NCBI GenBank assembly: GCA_963706595.1
Contig: OY970166.1
Location: forward strand, 5,472,001-5,536,000
DNA length: 64,000 nt
From: an uncultured cyanobacterium
Lineage (GTDB): Bacteria > Cyanobacteriota > Cyanobacteriia > Cyanobacteriales > Nostocaceae
Reading direction: 5' to 3'
Shown: positions 34,415 to 44,591 of the stretch, one piece after another
How the letters are laid out: every line of letters begins with the position of its first letter
Position numbering within the stretch: the first letter of the stretch is position 1
Made by a program: the position numbers and the translations under genes
Notes under the pieces: generated by a model
Databases searched by the model: none
What the model was told of the DNA's origin: nothing
Seen by the model: only the letters and a program-made list of their open reading frames with translations

Positions 34415-36175
34415 ATGAAAATTGGACTACGGCAATACTGGAATTTACTTGTAGACTATCTTAAACCCCAAAAAGGTCGGGTTGTTAAGTTTGCGATCGC
34501 ACTCCTCGCCAGCATCGGACTACAATTAGTCAACCCCCAAATTCTGCGCTATTTCATTGACACAGCCGTAGCTGGTGGTTCAGGGCGAAACTTACTCATA
34601 TCTGCCTTCCTATTTATTGGTGTAGCTTTAGTCACGCAACTAATCACCGTTGCTGCTACCTACTACGGTGAAAACGTCGCCTGGAGAGCTACCAACGCCT
34701 TACGTGCTGACTTAGTTGAGCATTGTTTGCAACTAGATTTATCCTTTCATAAATTCTCTACACCCGGTGAATTACTAGAGAGAGTAGACGGTGATGTTCA
34801 CACTCTTTCGCAATTCTTTTCCAAATTTACCGTTTACATCTTGGGCAATTTGCTCTTGATGTCTGGCGTAATTGTAGTTCTATTTGCCGAAGATTGGCGT
34901 GCTGGGATTGCGATCGCCTTTTTTAGCCTGACAGCATTAGGAACTTTAATACGTCTGCGTTCCATAGCCGTTCCCTATTGGAGAACCTATCGTCAAATTA
35001 GTGCTGATTTCTTTGGTTTCGTCGGGGAACAACTGGCTGGGATGGAAGACGTACGCGCCAATGGTGCTAAAAGCTATGTCATGCAACGCTTCCACAAAAT
35101 TTTGCAAGGCTGGCTACCCATTTATCACAAAGCTCGTTTTGCCAGTACAATACTTTGGGCGACAACAAACGGTATCTTTACATTAGGAACTGCGATCGCC
35201 TTAAGCGTCGGTGCTTACCTTTGGAGTCAAAATATTGTTACCATTGGTACGGTATATTTACTGTACTATTACACCAACTTACTCAGCGAACCAATTGAGC
35301 AAATTCGCAACCAATTTGAAGAACTCCAACAAGCAGAAGCCAGTATTTACCGCATTCAAGACTTACTGCAAGAAAAATCCCAACTCAGTGCAGGAGGAGA
35401 AAAAAGACTTCCTCAAGGCGCACTTTCCGTAAATTTTGATCACCTTTCCTTTAGCTATAACGACCGGAAATCCGAAGAGGGAGACTTAATACTGCAAGAC
35501 ATATCCTTTAATTTACCTGCTGGACAACTATTAGGTTTACTGGGGCGTACAGGTAGCGGCAAATCCTCCCTAGCACGGTTATTACTGAGATTATATGATG
35601 CAAAATCAGGCTCAATTCACTTGGGAGGCTTACCAATTAATCAGACAGACTTAACAGATTTACCTCAAAAAATTGGCTTAGTCACCCAGGATGTACAACT
35701 GTTTCAAACAACAGTGCGGAATAACCTCACCTTTTTTAACCAGGAAATTAGCGACGAACGCATCTATGAAACCTTAGAAATATTAGGATTATCACAATGG
35801 TTGCATTCATTACCCCAAGGCTTAGATACAAACTTGGGGCCAGATAGTAGCGGCTTATCAGCCGGACAAGCGCAGTTACTCGCCTTTACGCGCGTATTTC
35901 TTAAAGACCCTGGTTTAGTCATATTAGATGAAGCCTCCTCACGCCTCGACCCCATTACCGAAAAACTAATTGAAAAAGCCGTTGATAAATTACTAACTGG
36001 ACGTACAGGCATAATTATTGCCCATCGTTTAGCCACCGTACAAAAAGCAAATCAAATATTAATTTTAGAGCAAGGTCGAATTAGAGAATATGGTCAACGA
36101 GAAGAATTACTTAAAGATCCCGAATCACGTTTTGCCCAATTATTAGAAACAGGCTTAACCGACTTATTAATTTAA
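34415..36175 (+). CDS. ABC transporter, fused permease/ATPase (half transporter A)
   Basis: N-terminal transmembrane domain, Walker A GRTGSGKS, signature LSAGQ, ILDEASS, IAHRL. Confidence 0.93.
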   Translation: MKIGLRQYWNLLVDYLKPQKGRVVKFAIALLASIGLQLVNPQILRYFIDTAVAGGSGRNLLISAFLFIGVALVTQLITVAATYYGENVAWRATNALRADLVEHCLQLDLSFHKFSTPGELLERVDGDVHTLSQFFSKFTVYILGNLLLMSGVIVVLFAEDWRAGIAIAFFSLTALGTLIRLRSIAVPYWRTYRQISADFFGFVGEQLAGMEDVRANGAKSYVMQRFHKILQGWLPIYHKARFASTILWATTNGIFTLGTAIALSVGAYLWSQNIVTIGTVYLLYYYTNLLSEPIEQIRNQFEELQQAEASIYRIQDLLQEKSQLSAGGEKRLPQGALSVNFDHLSFSYNDRKSEEGDLILQDISFNLPAGQLLGLLGRTGSGKSSLARLLLRLYDAKSGSIHLGGLPINQTDLTDLPQKIGLVTQDVQLFQTTVRNNLTFFNQEISDERIYETLEILGLSQWLHSLPQGLDTNLGPDSSGLSAGQAQLLAFTRVFLKDPGLVILDEASSRLDPITEKLIEKAVDKLLTGRTGIIIAHRLATVQKANQILILEQGRIREYGQREELLKDPESRFAQLLETGLTDLLI

Positions 36176-36353
36176 CACCGCAGGGCGGAAGTCAAAAACT
36201 TGATTCTATAGGATTTTGATCAGATGAAAATAGTTGCTTTATGTACACCATTGTACTTTGCGTACTTTGCGGTTTCCATATAATTCATCCGTCCGGCTCC
36301 CTCTCCTTGCTAAGGAGAGGGCTGGGGTGAGGTTTTTCTCTTTACTAACTATC

Positions 36354-38159
36354 ATGAATTCAACAAAAAAGCCTAAACATTGGGAACTAATATGGCAACT
36401 AATTCGCTACAAACCAAAACTATATATCCTTGATAGCATCTACTGGATATTAATCATGGGTTTGCCAGCCCTACCCGGCTTAATCATCCGAGAATTTTTC
36501 AATCGTTTGACAAACGAGACACAATTAGGACTATCACCTCTAGCCTTAATTGCATTATTACTAGCCCTGAATTTAGGACATATAATAGTTATATTTGCCG
36601 GCCGAGTTACCAAAAGCCAACACCGTTTTTTGATGCGGTCATTACTGCGAAATAATTTATTAGATCGCCTGTTTAAAAATCCCACATCACAGCCAATAGT
36701 TGTTAATGAAAATTCAGAAAAAACCGTATCTCAAGGTGAAATAATTAGCTATTTTCGTGATGATGCCGAACAAATAGAAGACAATGTAGCCTGGATATCA
36801 GAAGTATCAGGACAAGGAATATTTGCCGTTATTTGTTTAGTGGTTTTATTGACTATTAATGTGCGGATGACACTGTTTGTATTTCTGCCATTAGTAGGAA
36901 TGGTAGCGATTCTGCAACGTGCGGAAAGCAAGATTAAACAGTACAGAAAAGCCAGCCGCAAAGCCACCGAAAAAGTTACAGGAATTTTAGGTGAAATCTT
37001 TGCTTCAGTGCAAGCGATTAAAGTAGCTGGCGCAGAAGAAAATGTGTTGGATTATTTTCGCACCTTAAATGACCAACGCCGTCAGACAATGATTAAGGAT
37101 AGTTTGTTTAACGCTATTCTCAATTCTTCCTTTCAAAATATGGTGAATTTGGGGACAGGGATAATTCTGCTGTTAGCTTCTCAATTAATGCAGAGTGGTG
37201 TGAATCAATTAACAGTAGGTGACTTTGCTTTATTTGTGTATAACCTGTCATTTGTAACTAGCTTTTTTACTTCTGTTGGTGGTTTTATGGCGTTATCTAA
37301 GCACACAGAAGTATCTTTTGATCGGATGACTAGTTTACTCTCTGGCGCATCAGCAGATACATTGGTAGCCCCCAATCAACTTTATCTGAATGATTTGAAT
37401 AATCGCCAAAAAGATTTACCCACAATAGAACAACCTTTGCGGAATGAAAAAGATAATCTTCAATCTTTGAAAGTTTTTCATCTAACTTATATTTATCCTG
37501 GTACAAACCAAGGAATTACAGATATCAGCTTTGAAATTCAGCGCGGTACTTTGACTGTAATTACTGGTCAAATTGGTTCTGGTAAAACTACATTAATGCG
37601 GCTGTTATTAGGATTATTACCTAAACAAAGCGGGGAAATTTACTGGAATGAAAATATTGTAGAAAACCCTGCAATTTTCTTTGTTCCGCCTCGCAGTGCT
37701 TATACTCCCCAAATTCCCCAGTTATTTAGCTATACTCTGCGCGAAAATATTTTGTTGGGTTTGTCTAAAAATAATCAAGATATCGCCACAGCTTTAGACA
37801 TGGCTGTATTTGATCAAGATTTAGCAACCATGAATGAAAGCCTAGAAACCTTAGTTGGTTCCAAAGGTGTGCGACTTTCTGGTGGACAAATGCAACGAGT
37901 AGCAGCAGCGCGAATGTTTATCCGTCAACCGGAATTATTAGTATTTGATGACCTTTCCAGCGCCTTGGATGTGGAGACAGAATTGGCGTTATGGTCGAGG
38001 ATATTTGTGAATAGTACTGAACAAGGGAAAAATCCTTGGACACCAACTTGTCTTGTAGTTTCTCATCGCCCTTCTGTGTTGCGTCGCGCTGACCAGATTA
38101 TTCTGATGAAAGCAGGTAGAGTAGAAGCGCAAGGTAAATTTGATCAGATTTTTCCATAG
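36354..38159 (+). CDS. ABC transporter, fused permease/ATPase (half transporter B1)
   Basis: GQIGSGKT, LSGGQ, VFDDLSSALD, VSHR; ATG 36354 preferred because the upstream extension is repeat-derived. Confidence 0.92.
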   Translation: MNSTKKPKHWELIWQLIRYKPKLYILDSIYWILIMGLPALPGLIIREFFNRLTNETQLGLSPLALIALLLALNLGHIIVIFAGRVTKSQHRFLMRSLLRNNLLDRLFKNPTSQPIVVNENSEKTVSQGEIISYFRDDAEQIEDNVAWISEVSGQGIFAVICLVVLLTINVRMTLFVFLPLVGMVAILQRAESKIKQYRKASRKATEKVTGILGEIFASVQAIKVAGAEENVLDYFRTLNDQRRQTMIKDSLFNAILNSSFQNMVNLGTGIILLLASQLMQSGVNQLTVGDFALFVYNLSFVTSFFTSVGGFMALSKHTEVSFDRMTSLLSGASADTLVAPNQLYLNDLNNRQKDLPTIEQPLRNEKDNLQSLKVFHLTYIYPGTNQGITDISFEIQRGTLTVITGQIGSGKTTLMRLLLGLLPKQSGEIYWNENIVENPAIFFVPPRSAYTPQIPQLFSYTLRENILLGLSKNNQDIATALDMAVFDQDLATMNESLETLVGSKGVRLSGGQMQRVAAARMFIRQPELLVFDDLSSALDVETELALWSRIFVNSTEQGKNPWTPTCLVVSHRPSVLRRADQIILMKAGRVEAQGKFDQIFP

Positions 38160-38486
38160 AAAGTTTTGTAGTAAGGACTTCAGTCCTTTCCATAAAACAC
38201 CGAAAATCAAACATGGTTGGTTAAACGGTTCCTAACCCACCCAACAAGATATATCCGTTATGGCATCAAAATCTAACGCTTTCACAATTAACAAGAATAT
38301 TTTCTATTTAAAGTCAGTAAACCTTGACCTAACTGTATCTTTTAGGATGTAATTATTGTGATAGAACTGTTTAGATATGCTTGTAAATTACTGAATTAAC
38401 CAATCATGACCAAACTTTTCAGAACACAGCTATAAATCTTTGATGCAGAGATATCAGTTTTTAGTTACACATCTTACTACATTCTT

Positions 38487-38505
38487 TTTGAGAAATATTC
38501 TCTAA
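38487..38505. promoter_or_regulatory. Putative Fur box upstream of araC
   Basis: TTTGAGAAATATTCTCTAA, a near-palindromic 19-mer. Confidence 0.6.
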
Positions 38506-38556
38506 TTTCTGCTAATATAGGTTATAAATATTACCTTCAAAAATGTGCAACTAGAT

Positions 38557-39540
38557 ATGGCTGGTATCTTATCAATCCAAAATATAGATGAAATGTTTGA
38601 AGAAACACCTAGTAACGGTAATTTAGATCATTCATCTGAAAATGACATTGTTTTGAAATATTCAAAGTCTATTGGTAAAGGATATTGGCAGCGCATATTC
38701 CTACAGGATGGTATTTCTATAGATATTGAAAATAATCAATTCTTCAAGGATATTATCTTTGAGGAACCAGAAGGCGAGGAAAAAAGTCCTGAAATAGGTT
38801 TTCGTCTCTCAGGAAACCGTAAATTATATACAGGTGAGGTGATGCAAGGTGGTCAAAACTTCTTGCGCTTATCGGATGTCGGTCGCGGAGGGATAACAGA
38901 GTGGGCGGGTAATCAACGACACCTGAAAGTTGATATTAACCTCACGCCGGAAATTTGGGTAAATTTGATTCAGCAACACTTACAATACTTATCTCCACAC
39001 CAGCAACTTCCGCTTTTTGGGGCTAAAAATGCACCCTACTATGAACTGCGAACTACTACAACGGCAATGCAGTCGGTGTTATACCAAATTATTAACTGTC
39101 CCTACCGAGATTTTGTCCGAAAAATTTATCTCCAAAGCAAAGCACTGGAACTTGTGGCTTTGTGGCTGGCGCAGGAACTAGAGTATCGACAGGTTAGCCA
39201 ATCTACAGTTCAACTTTCCCCAGAAGATATAGAACGTATTTACTATGCCAGAGATATTCTCATTACTAACTTACTTCATCCGCCAACATTGTTAGAAATC
39301 GGGCAACAAGTTGCTATTAATCAACAAAAACTGAAGCAAGGTTTTCGTCAGATATTTGGAACTACAGTTTTTGGCTACCTCCATGATCATCGCATGGAAC
39401 AAGCTAAACAAATGTTGGCAGAACAAAAATTGACTGTTGCCCAAGTAGCCCATGCTGTTGGCTATTCTCACCTGAGTCACTTTGCTGCTGCCTTTAAAAA
39501 GAAATTTGAGGTAAATCCCAGTGCTTACCGACAAAAATAG
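38557..39540 (+). CDS. AraC-family (PchR-like) regulator
   Basis: YLQSKALEL, KLKQGFRQIFGTTVFGYL, VGYSHLSHFAAAFKKKF; start ATG 38557 or GTG 38545. Confidence 0.93.
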   Translation: MAGILSIQNIDEMFEETPSNGNLDHSSENDIVLKYSKSIGKGYWQRIFLQDGISIDIENNQFFKDIIFEEPEGEEKSPEIGFRLSGNRKLYTGEVMQGGQNFLRLSDVGRGGITEWAGNQRHLKVDINLTPEIWVNLIQQHLQYLSPHQQLPLFGAKNAPYYELRTTTTAMQSVLYQIINCPYRDFVRKIYLQSKALELVALWLAQELEYRQVSQSTVQLSPEDIERIYYARDILITNLLHPPTLLEIGQQVAINQQKLKQGFRQIFGTTVFGYLHDHRMEQAKQMLAEQKLTVAQVAHAVGYSHLSHFAAAFKKKFEVNPSAYRQK

Positions 39541-39655
39541 TCCGTCTATGGATAAATAATTGTCCATAGTCCAAAAATAAACTCCGTCTATGGATAGACA
39601 CAGTACCCGCATAAGCATCAAAATACTTGCCAGATAGTTGAAAAGTATTCCTAAC
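39541..39655 (+). promoter_or_regulatory. Putative AraC operator repeats plus Fur-like box for the TonB-dependent receptor
   Basis: TCCGTCTATGGATA at 39541 and 39583 (42-bp spacing); GTTGAAAAGTATTCCTAAC at 39637-39655. Confidence 0.55.
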
Positions 39656-39724
39656 TAGTAGGTGAAAACTGTAGTTTTAATGTGCTTTTCAGGGTGATGT
39701 AACTGTGGTTTGAGGGTGATTACT

Positions 39725-42439
39725 GTGAATCAACAAATTTTTTGTAGTCTTTGCGTAACAGGTATTGTATCTGCGTTTATTGTGCCGTCTGCGTCTGCTG
39801 AGGTAGTTCAGACAAAATCAGGCGTTTCGCAAGATATGACGCAAAAAAGACTAAGTGAACGTCTTGACTTTTCACGGGATCTGGAAAACCCCTCTCCAAA
39901 CCTCTCCCCTGCAAGGAGAGAGGCTTTAAATTTTCCCCCTTCCCTGGTAGGGAAGGGGGTTAGGGGGTTAGGTTTTACACATAACGTGAAAAGTCAGGAA
40001 CGTCTTGCAACTAAAGCTGAATTACTTTCTCAAGTACCTAATTCCCCCACACTGGTGGAAGTAACAGGAGTGGAAGCGACTCCCACAGAGCAAGGTGTGG
40101 AGGTGATTTTACAGACAACTCAAGGACAACAGTTACAAATCACCAATCGCAGTGCCGATAATAACTTTATCGCTGATATTCCCAATGCTCAATTAGTTTT
40201 ACCCAGTGGCGATGGGTTCATATTCCGTTCCGAAAACCCAACAGAGGGAATTACTGAAATCACAGTAACAAACTTGGATGCAAATACTATCCGCCTGACT
40301 GTGGCGGGTGAGGCGGGATTACCCAGTGTGGCGTTATTTGACAGTGATGAAGGTCTGATTTTCGGCTTCACACCAGTTGTATCTTCTGCCCAGACTCCAC
40401 AATTACCAGCAGAAGAACCAGAAAGTGAAACTCAAACAGAAGAAGCATCAACTCCAGACCAGCCGATTGAATTGGTGGTGACAGGTCAGCAAGATAGATA
40501 CAGTGTACCCAATGCCACAACTGCGACGCGAACGGAAACAGCCCTGCGTGACATTCCCCAATCCATTCAAGCAATTCCTCGACAGGTGTTAGAGGACAGA
40601 CAGGTGATTCGAGTTTCAGATGCACTGCGTAACGTCAGTGGCGTGCAGCAGGGAAATAAAGTTGGCGGTACATCCGAGGTATTTAATATTCGTGGTTTTC
40701 CACAATTTGGAGGGAATCTCCGTGATGGCTTTAACAATAGAAACAATTTTTCTATTGTAGAAACGGCAAATTTGGAACGGATAGAAGTCCTCAAAGGACC
40801 GGCTTCTGTACTCTATGGTAATTTAGACCCTGGTGGTGTGATTAACTTCGTTACCAAAAAACCCCTCTCAGAGCCTTTTTTTGCTGCGGGATTGCAGGTT
40901 GGAAGTTTTGGTTTAGTGCGACCAACCCTTGATTTATCAGGCCCCTTAAACCCAGAGCGGACACTGCTCTATCGGTTGAATACAGCTTATGAGAGAGGCG
41001 GAAACTTTCGGAACTTTGACACTGAAGTTGAGAGATTTTTTATCTCACCTGTCGTTACTTGGAAGATTAGCGATCGCACTGACGTAACATTTGAATTGGA
41101 GTATTCAAACGATAAGCGTCCATATGATCGGGGATTAGTTGCTTTTGGTACAGGGGTTGCTGATATTCCCTTTGATCGAGTTTTGGGTGAACCAGACGAC
41201 TTCAGTGAAAGAACAAATTTTTTAGCAGGATATCGATTAGAGCATCGTTTCAATGATGACTGGAGACTCCGGAATCAGTTTCGATACTCTTCCTCTGACC
41301 AAACCAATAATCGGTTTGAACCGGGCCGTCTCAACGAATCTACTGGGGAACTAGATAGAGGCTTTGATGATGCTGAATTTACCAGAAGAAATTATGAAGT
41401 GCAAACCGATCTAGTGGGAAATTTTGCTACGGGATCAATCCAGCACACCCTGCTATTTGGCGTTGATTTGTCTTGGCAAAATGATGGAGGAGTATCTCGT
41501 TTTGAAACCGCTCCTAGCATTAATATCTTTAATCCTGTTTATGGAATCGCTCCCCGACCTAGTAGAGATGAATCTTTAGATGTATTTTCTTCTGAGTCTC
41601 AAACAAATACTCTTGGCTTCTTTCTGCAAGATCAAATTACCCTAGCTGAAAACTTAAAACTACTGGTAGGTGGACGCTTTGACACTATCAATCAAAGCTC
41701 TCCTTCTAATGAACGACAATATCAAGCCTTTAGTCCGCGAGTAGGCATTGTCTATCAACCGATTCAGCCAATTTCTCTATATACCAGCTTCAGTAGATCA
41801 TTTCAACCGAATAATAGAACTCGTGTAGATGGCTCTCTGCTTGAACCAGTGCGCGGTACGCAGTATGAAGTTGGTGTCAGAGGTGAGTTTCTCAATGGTA
41901 GACTGACCACAAATCTAGCTGCTTATGAAATCACCTTGAATAATCTTGCGGTTCCTGATCCAGATAATACAAGGTTTTCCCTTCCATCAGGAGAGCAAAG
42001 AAGCCGGGGTATTGAGTTGGATGTCACAGGACAAGTTCTTCCAGGATGGAATTTGATTGCTTCCTACGCTTACACTGATGCCAGAGTTACTAAAGATAAC
42101 AATCTACAGCCTGGTAATTTGCTGGATGGTGTGCCGTTTAATTCAGCCAGTTTGTGGTCAACTTATGAAATTCAAGCAGGAGATTTCCAAGGCTTAGGAT
42201 TTGGCTTGGGTTTATTTTATGTGGGTGAACGCCAAGGTGATTTGAATAACTCTTTTCAAGTGCCTAGCTACGTGCGTACTGATGCCAGTATATTCTATCG
42301 GAGAAATAACTGGCGGGCTGGCATTAATGTTAATAACCTTTTCAATGTCGATTATATCGAAGATAGTGGCCAGCGCCGGAATCGTATTAACCCTGGTGCG
42401 CCGTTCACGGTGAGAGGAACGGTGTCAGTGGAGTTTTAG
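39725..42439 (+). CDS. TonB-dependent siderophore receptor with N-terminal AMIN domain
   Basis: Signal peptide, AMIN region, TonB-box-like IELVVTG, plug LERIEVLKGPASVLYG..PGG, C-terminal F; GTG 39725 probable start. Confidence 0.95.
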   Translation: MNQQIFCSLCVTGIVSAFIVPSASAEVVQTKSGVSQDMTQKRLSERLDFSRDLENPSPNLSPARREALNFPPSLVGKGVRGLGFTHNVKSQERLATKAELLSQVPNSPTLVEVTGVEATPTEQGVEVILQTTQGQQLQITNRSADNNFIADIPNAQLVLPSGDGFIFRSENPTEGITEITVTNLDANTIRLTVAGEAGLPSVALFDSDEGLIFGFTPVVSSAQTPQLPAEEPESETQTEEASTPDQPIELVVTGQQDRYSVPNATTATRTETALRDIPQSIQAIPRQVLEDRQVIRVSDALRNVSGVQQGNKVGGTSEVFNIRGFPQFGGNLRDGFNNRNNFSIVETANLERIEVLKGPASVLYGNLDPGGVINFVTKKPLSEPFFAAGLQVGSFGLVRPTLDLSGPLNPERTLLYRLNTAYERGGNFRNFDTEVERFFISPVVTWKISDRTDVTFELEYSNDKRPYDRGLVAFGTGVADIPFDRVLGEPDDFSERTNFLAGYRLEHRFNDDWRLRNQFRYSSSDQTNNRFEPGRLNESTGELDRGFDDAEFTRRNYEVQTDLVGNFATGSIQHTLLFGVDLSWQNDGGVSRFETAPSINIFNPVYGIAPRPSRDESLDVFSSESQTNTLGFFLQDQITLAENLKLLVGGRFDTINQSSPSNERQYQAFSPRVGIVYQPIQPISLYTSFSRSFQPNNRTRVDGSLLEPVRGTQYEVGVRGEFLNGRLTTNLAAYEITLNNLAVPDPDNTRFSLPSGEQRSRGIELDVTGQVLPGWNLIASYAYTDARVTKDNNLQPGNLLDGVPFNSASLWSTYEIQAGDFQGLGFGLGLFYVGERQGDLNNSFQVPSYVRTDASIFYRRNNWRAGINVNNLFNVDYIEDSGQRRNRINPGAPFTVRGTVSVEF
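39863..39998. mobile_element. 136-bp MITE with 14-bp TIRs and 5-bp target duplication, in-frame in the receptor
   Basis: AACGT|CTTGACTTTTCACG...CGTGAAAAGTCAGG|AACGT; 136+5 = 141 nt = 47 codons. Confidence 0.9.
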
Positions 42440-42480
42440 ATTATCCTGCACTTCGAGTAGAACTAAATCAACTTTTTAAA

Positions 42481-43431
42481 ATGTATAAAATTCGTCGTGG
42501 ACTTGGGTTCTTTGGGTTAACACTTTTGGCAATTGTGCTATTTTCTGCTTGTGCTAATAATGTCTCACAAAACTTAACTAGCTCTGTTGAGTTATTGCCT
42601 TCACAGTGCAGAATAGTCAAACACCTTATGGGTGAAACCTGCGTTCCTAATAACCCACAACGGATAGTAGTGCTAGATGGAGCAAGTTTAGAGATTCCAC
42701 TTGTTTTGGGTATTAAACCTGTAGGTGCTTCTATCTTCTTTGGCGATGTACCTGCTTATTTGCAGAATAACGCTCAAGGAGTGGCAATGGTGGGTGATTC
42801 TGGACAACCCAATTTAGAAAAAATTTTGACGCTGAAGCCAGACGTTATTCTTTCTGTTTCTAATTGGAGACAACAAGGAAGTTTATATAATCAACTGTCG
42901 CAAATTGCACCGACAGTTATCTGTGAAGGGTGGGGCGGTAAAGGCTTTCGTTGGCAGGAATGCTTTCAATCCTTCGCTGAAGCATTGGGTAAATCATCTG
43001 AGGCTGATATTGTTATCAATAATTATCAGCAACGGGTAACAAAGTTACAACAGGCATTAGGCGATTCTCTCCATACAACAGAGGTTTCACTCGTCAGGAT
43101 TTATGCAGATAGAATTCGTTTACGAGGGGAAGGAGGACATCTATGCAGCATGGTCATTCAGGATGTGGGTTTACCTCGTTCTCCCATTCAAAAAAAGGGC
43201 ATTGATATTTCTATTGAGAGTATTGAATATGCAGATGGAGATGTAATTTTTCTGCAACAGCATCCACAAGCAGATAACTATAATTACATTCTTAACCATC
43301 CTTTATGGCTCCAATTAAATGCAGTTCAGTCGGGCAGAGTCTATGAGGTAGGTGATGATTATTGGCACGGTGGTAGCTACATTGCCGCTAATCTCATTCT
43401 TGATGATTTGTTTAAATATTTAGTGAAGTAA
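42481..43431 (+). CDS. Iron-siderophore ABC substrate-binding lipoprotein (FhuD/FecB-like)
   Basis: Lipobox-like LFSAC, PQRIVVLD, PNLEKILTLKPDVI, LSQIAPTV. Confidence 0.93.
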   Translation: MYKIRRGLGFFGLTLLAIVLFSACANNVSQNLTSSVELLPSQCRIVKHLMGETCVPNNPQRIVVLDGASLEIPLVLGIKPVGASIFFGDVPAYLQNNAQGVAMVGDSGQPNLEKILTLKPDVILSVSNWRQQGSLYNQLSQIAPTVICEGWGGKGFRWQECFQSFAEALGKSSEADIVINNYQQRVTKLQQALGDSLHTTEVSLVRIYADRIRLRGEGGHLCSMVIQDVGLPRSPIQKKGIDISIESIEYADGDVIFLQQHPQADNYNYILNHPLWLQLNAVQSGRVYEVGDDYWHGGSYIAANLILDDLFKYLVK

Positions 43432-43439
43432 TCATCAAT

Positions 43440-44435
43440 ATGTCAACCAACAAAACTCAAAACAATTGTCGTTTTTGTTCTGAGATTTCCCAAGCTAACG
43501 GTGAAGATCCCATTGGTTCAGCGAACAATGCTGAACAATACTTCATTATTGAAGCTGCACAACCTTGGCCAGATAACATTTGGATAAACCCTAACTCTAT
43601 ACCACAGGATGTATTAGACCCGTTACAATGTATTTGGGGAAATGGTGGGTCAATTCGACCACTGGCGATCGCACCAGATAAAGAATACTCCCATCCAGGT
43701 TATACTCGTGTATTCTACTATCGCAGACCAACTAAGTTTTTTGCTCAATTTGAGAAACATGAGTTTATCGTACCTCATGCTTTACTGGGTTCTCTGGCAT
43801 TAGCTTTAGTCAAAAATCCCGAAGAATTACCAAACTTTGACCAATATCGCCAACAAACAAACCACATTCGAGAAATACTCGTTTGTAACCACGGGAATGT
43901 AGATGCTGCTTGTAGCAGATTTGGTTATCCGATTTATCAAAAATTACGTTCTGAATACGCTGCTGCAACTAACAGGAACTTACGTTTTTGGCGATGTAGT
44001 CATTTTGGTGGACACGAATTTGCACCTACCTTAGTTGACTTACCCCAAGGACAATATTGGGGTCATTTAAAACCAGAAATTTTAGATTTATTAGTCCGAC
44101 GTAATGGTTCAGTCAAAGAACTATATCCCTACTATCGAGGCTGGGGTGGTTTATCCTTCTTTGAACAAATTGCCGAACGAGAAATTTGGATGCTTGAAGG
44201 TTGGAACTGGCTGGAATATCATAAAGCCGGTCAAGTTTTAGCAAGTGATGAAATTAACCAAGAATGGGCGGATGTTCGCATTGATTTCACCACAGCCGAT
44301 GGAAATATTAGTAGTGCATATCAAGCCAGGGTGGAGGTGAAAGGTTCCGTCATGACAGCCTGGAAATCAGGAGCAAACCCAACTTTAGAAAAAGTCAAGC
44401 AGTATCACGCCCGTAATTTAGTGAAATTGGCATGA
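43440..44435 (+). CDS. Sucrase/ferredoxin-like protein
   Basis: CRFCS..S...GEDPIG, LVCNHGNVDAAC, CSHFGGHEFAPT (Cys2His2-type 2Fe-2S ligand pattern). Confidence 0.85.
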   Translation: MSTNKTQNNCRFCSEISQANGEDPIGSANNAEQYFIIEAAQPWPDNIWINPNSIPQDVLDPLQCIWGNGGSIRPLAIAPDKEYSHPGYTRVFYYRRPTKFFAQFEKHEFIVPHALLGSLALALVKNPEELPNFDQYRQQTNHIREILVCNHGNVDAACSRFGYPIYQKLRSEYAAATNRNLRFWRCSHFGGHEFAPTLVDLPQGQYWGHLKPEILDLLVRRNGSVKELYPYYRGWGGLSFFEQIAEREIWMLEGWNWLEYHKAGQVLASDEINQEWADVRIDFTTADGNISSAYQARVEVKGSVMTAWKSGANPTLEKVKQYHARNLVKLA

Positions 44436-44455
44436 TGAAAATTGGATTACAGCCC

Positions 44456-44574
44456 CGGCGATTAGAAATAGCAGCTACGCAAACTAAGTCCGCCTGCGCG
44501 GACTAAGGTCAAATCAAGATTTTTAACCCGCGTAGGCTGGTTTTGCCTGTGTAGCAGTGACTTCAAGTCGCCTG
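44456..44574. repeat. Palindromic dispersed repeat
   Basis: ggcgattagaaat...gctac / gtagc...acttcaagtcgcc arms with internal hairpin AGTCCGCCTGCGCGGACT. Confidence 0.6.
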
Positions 44575-44591
44575 TTACAAGATGTAAGCGC

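Noticed and set aside
36234..36353. N-terminal extensions in the ORF track (this ABC gene, also DyP 17583-17633 and TnpB 62612-62680)
   Set aside because: Derived from repeats or overlapping neighbours; downstream starts fit family N-termini better.
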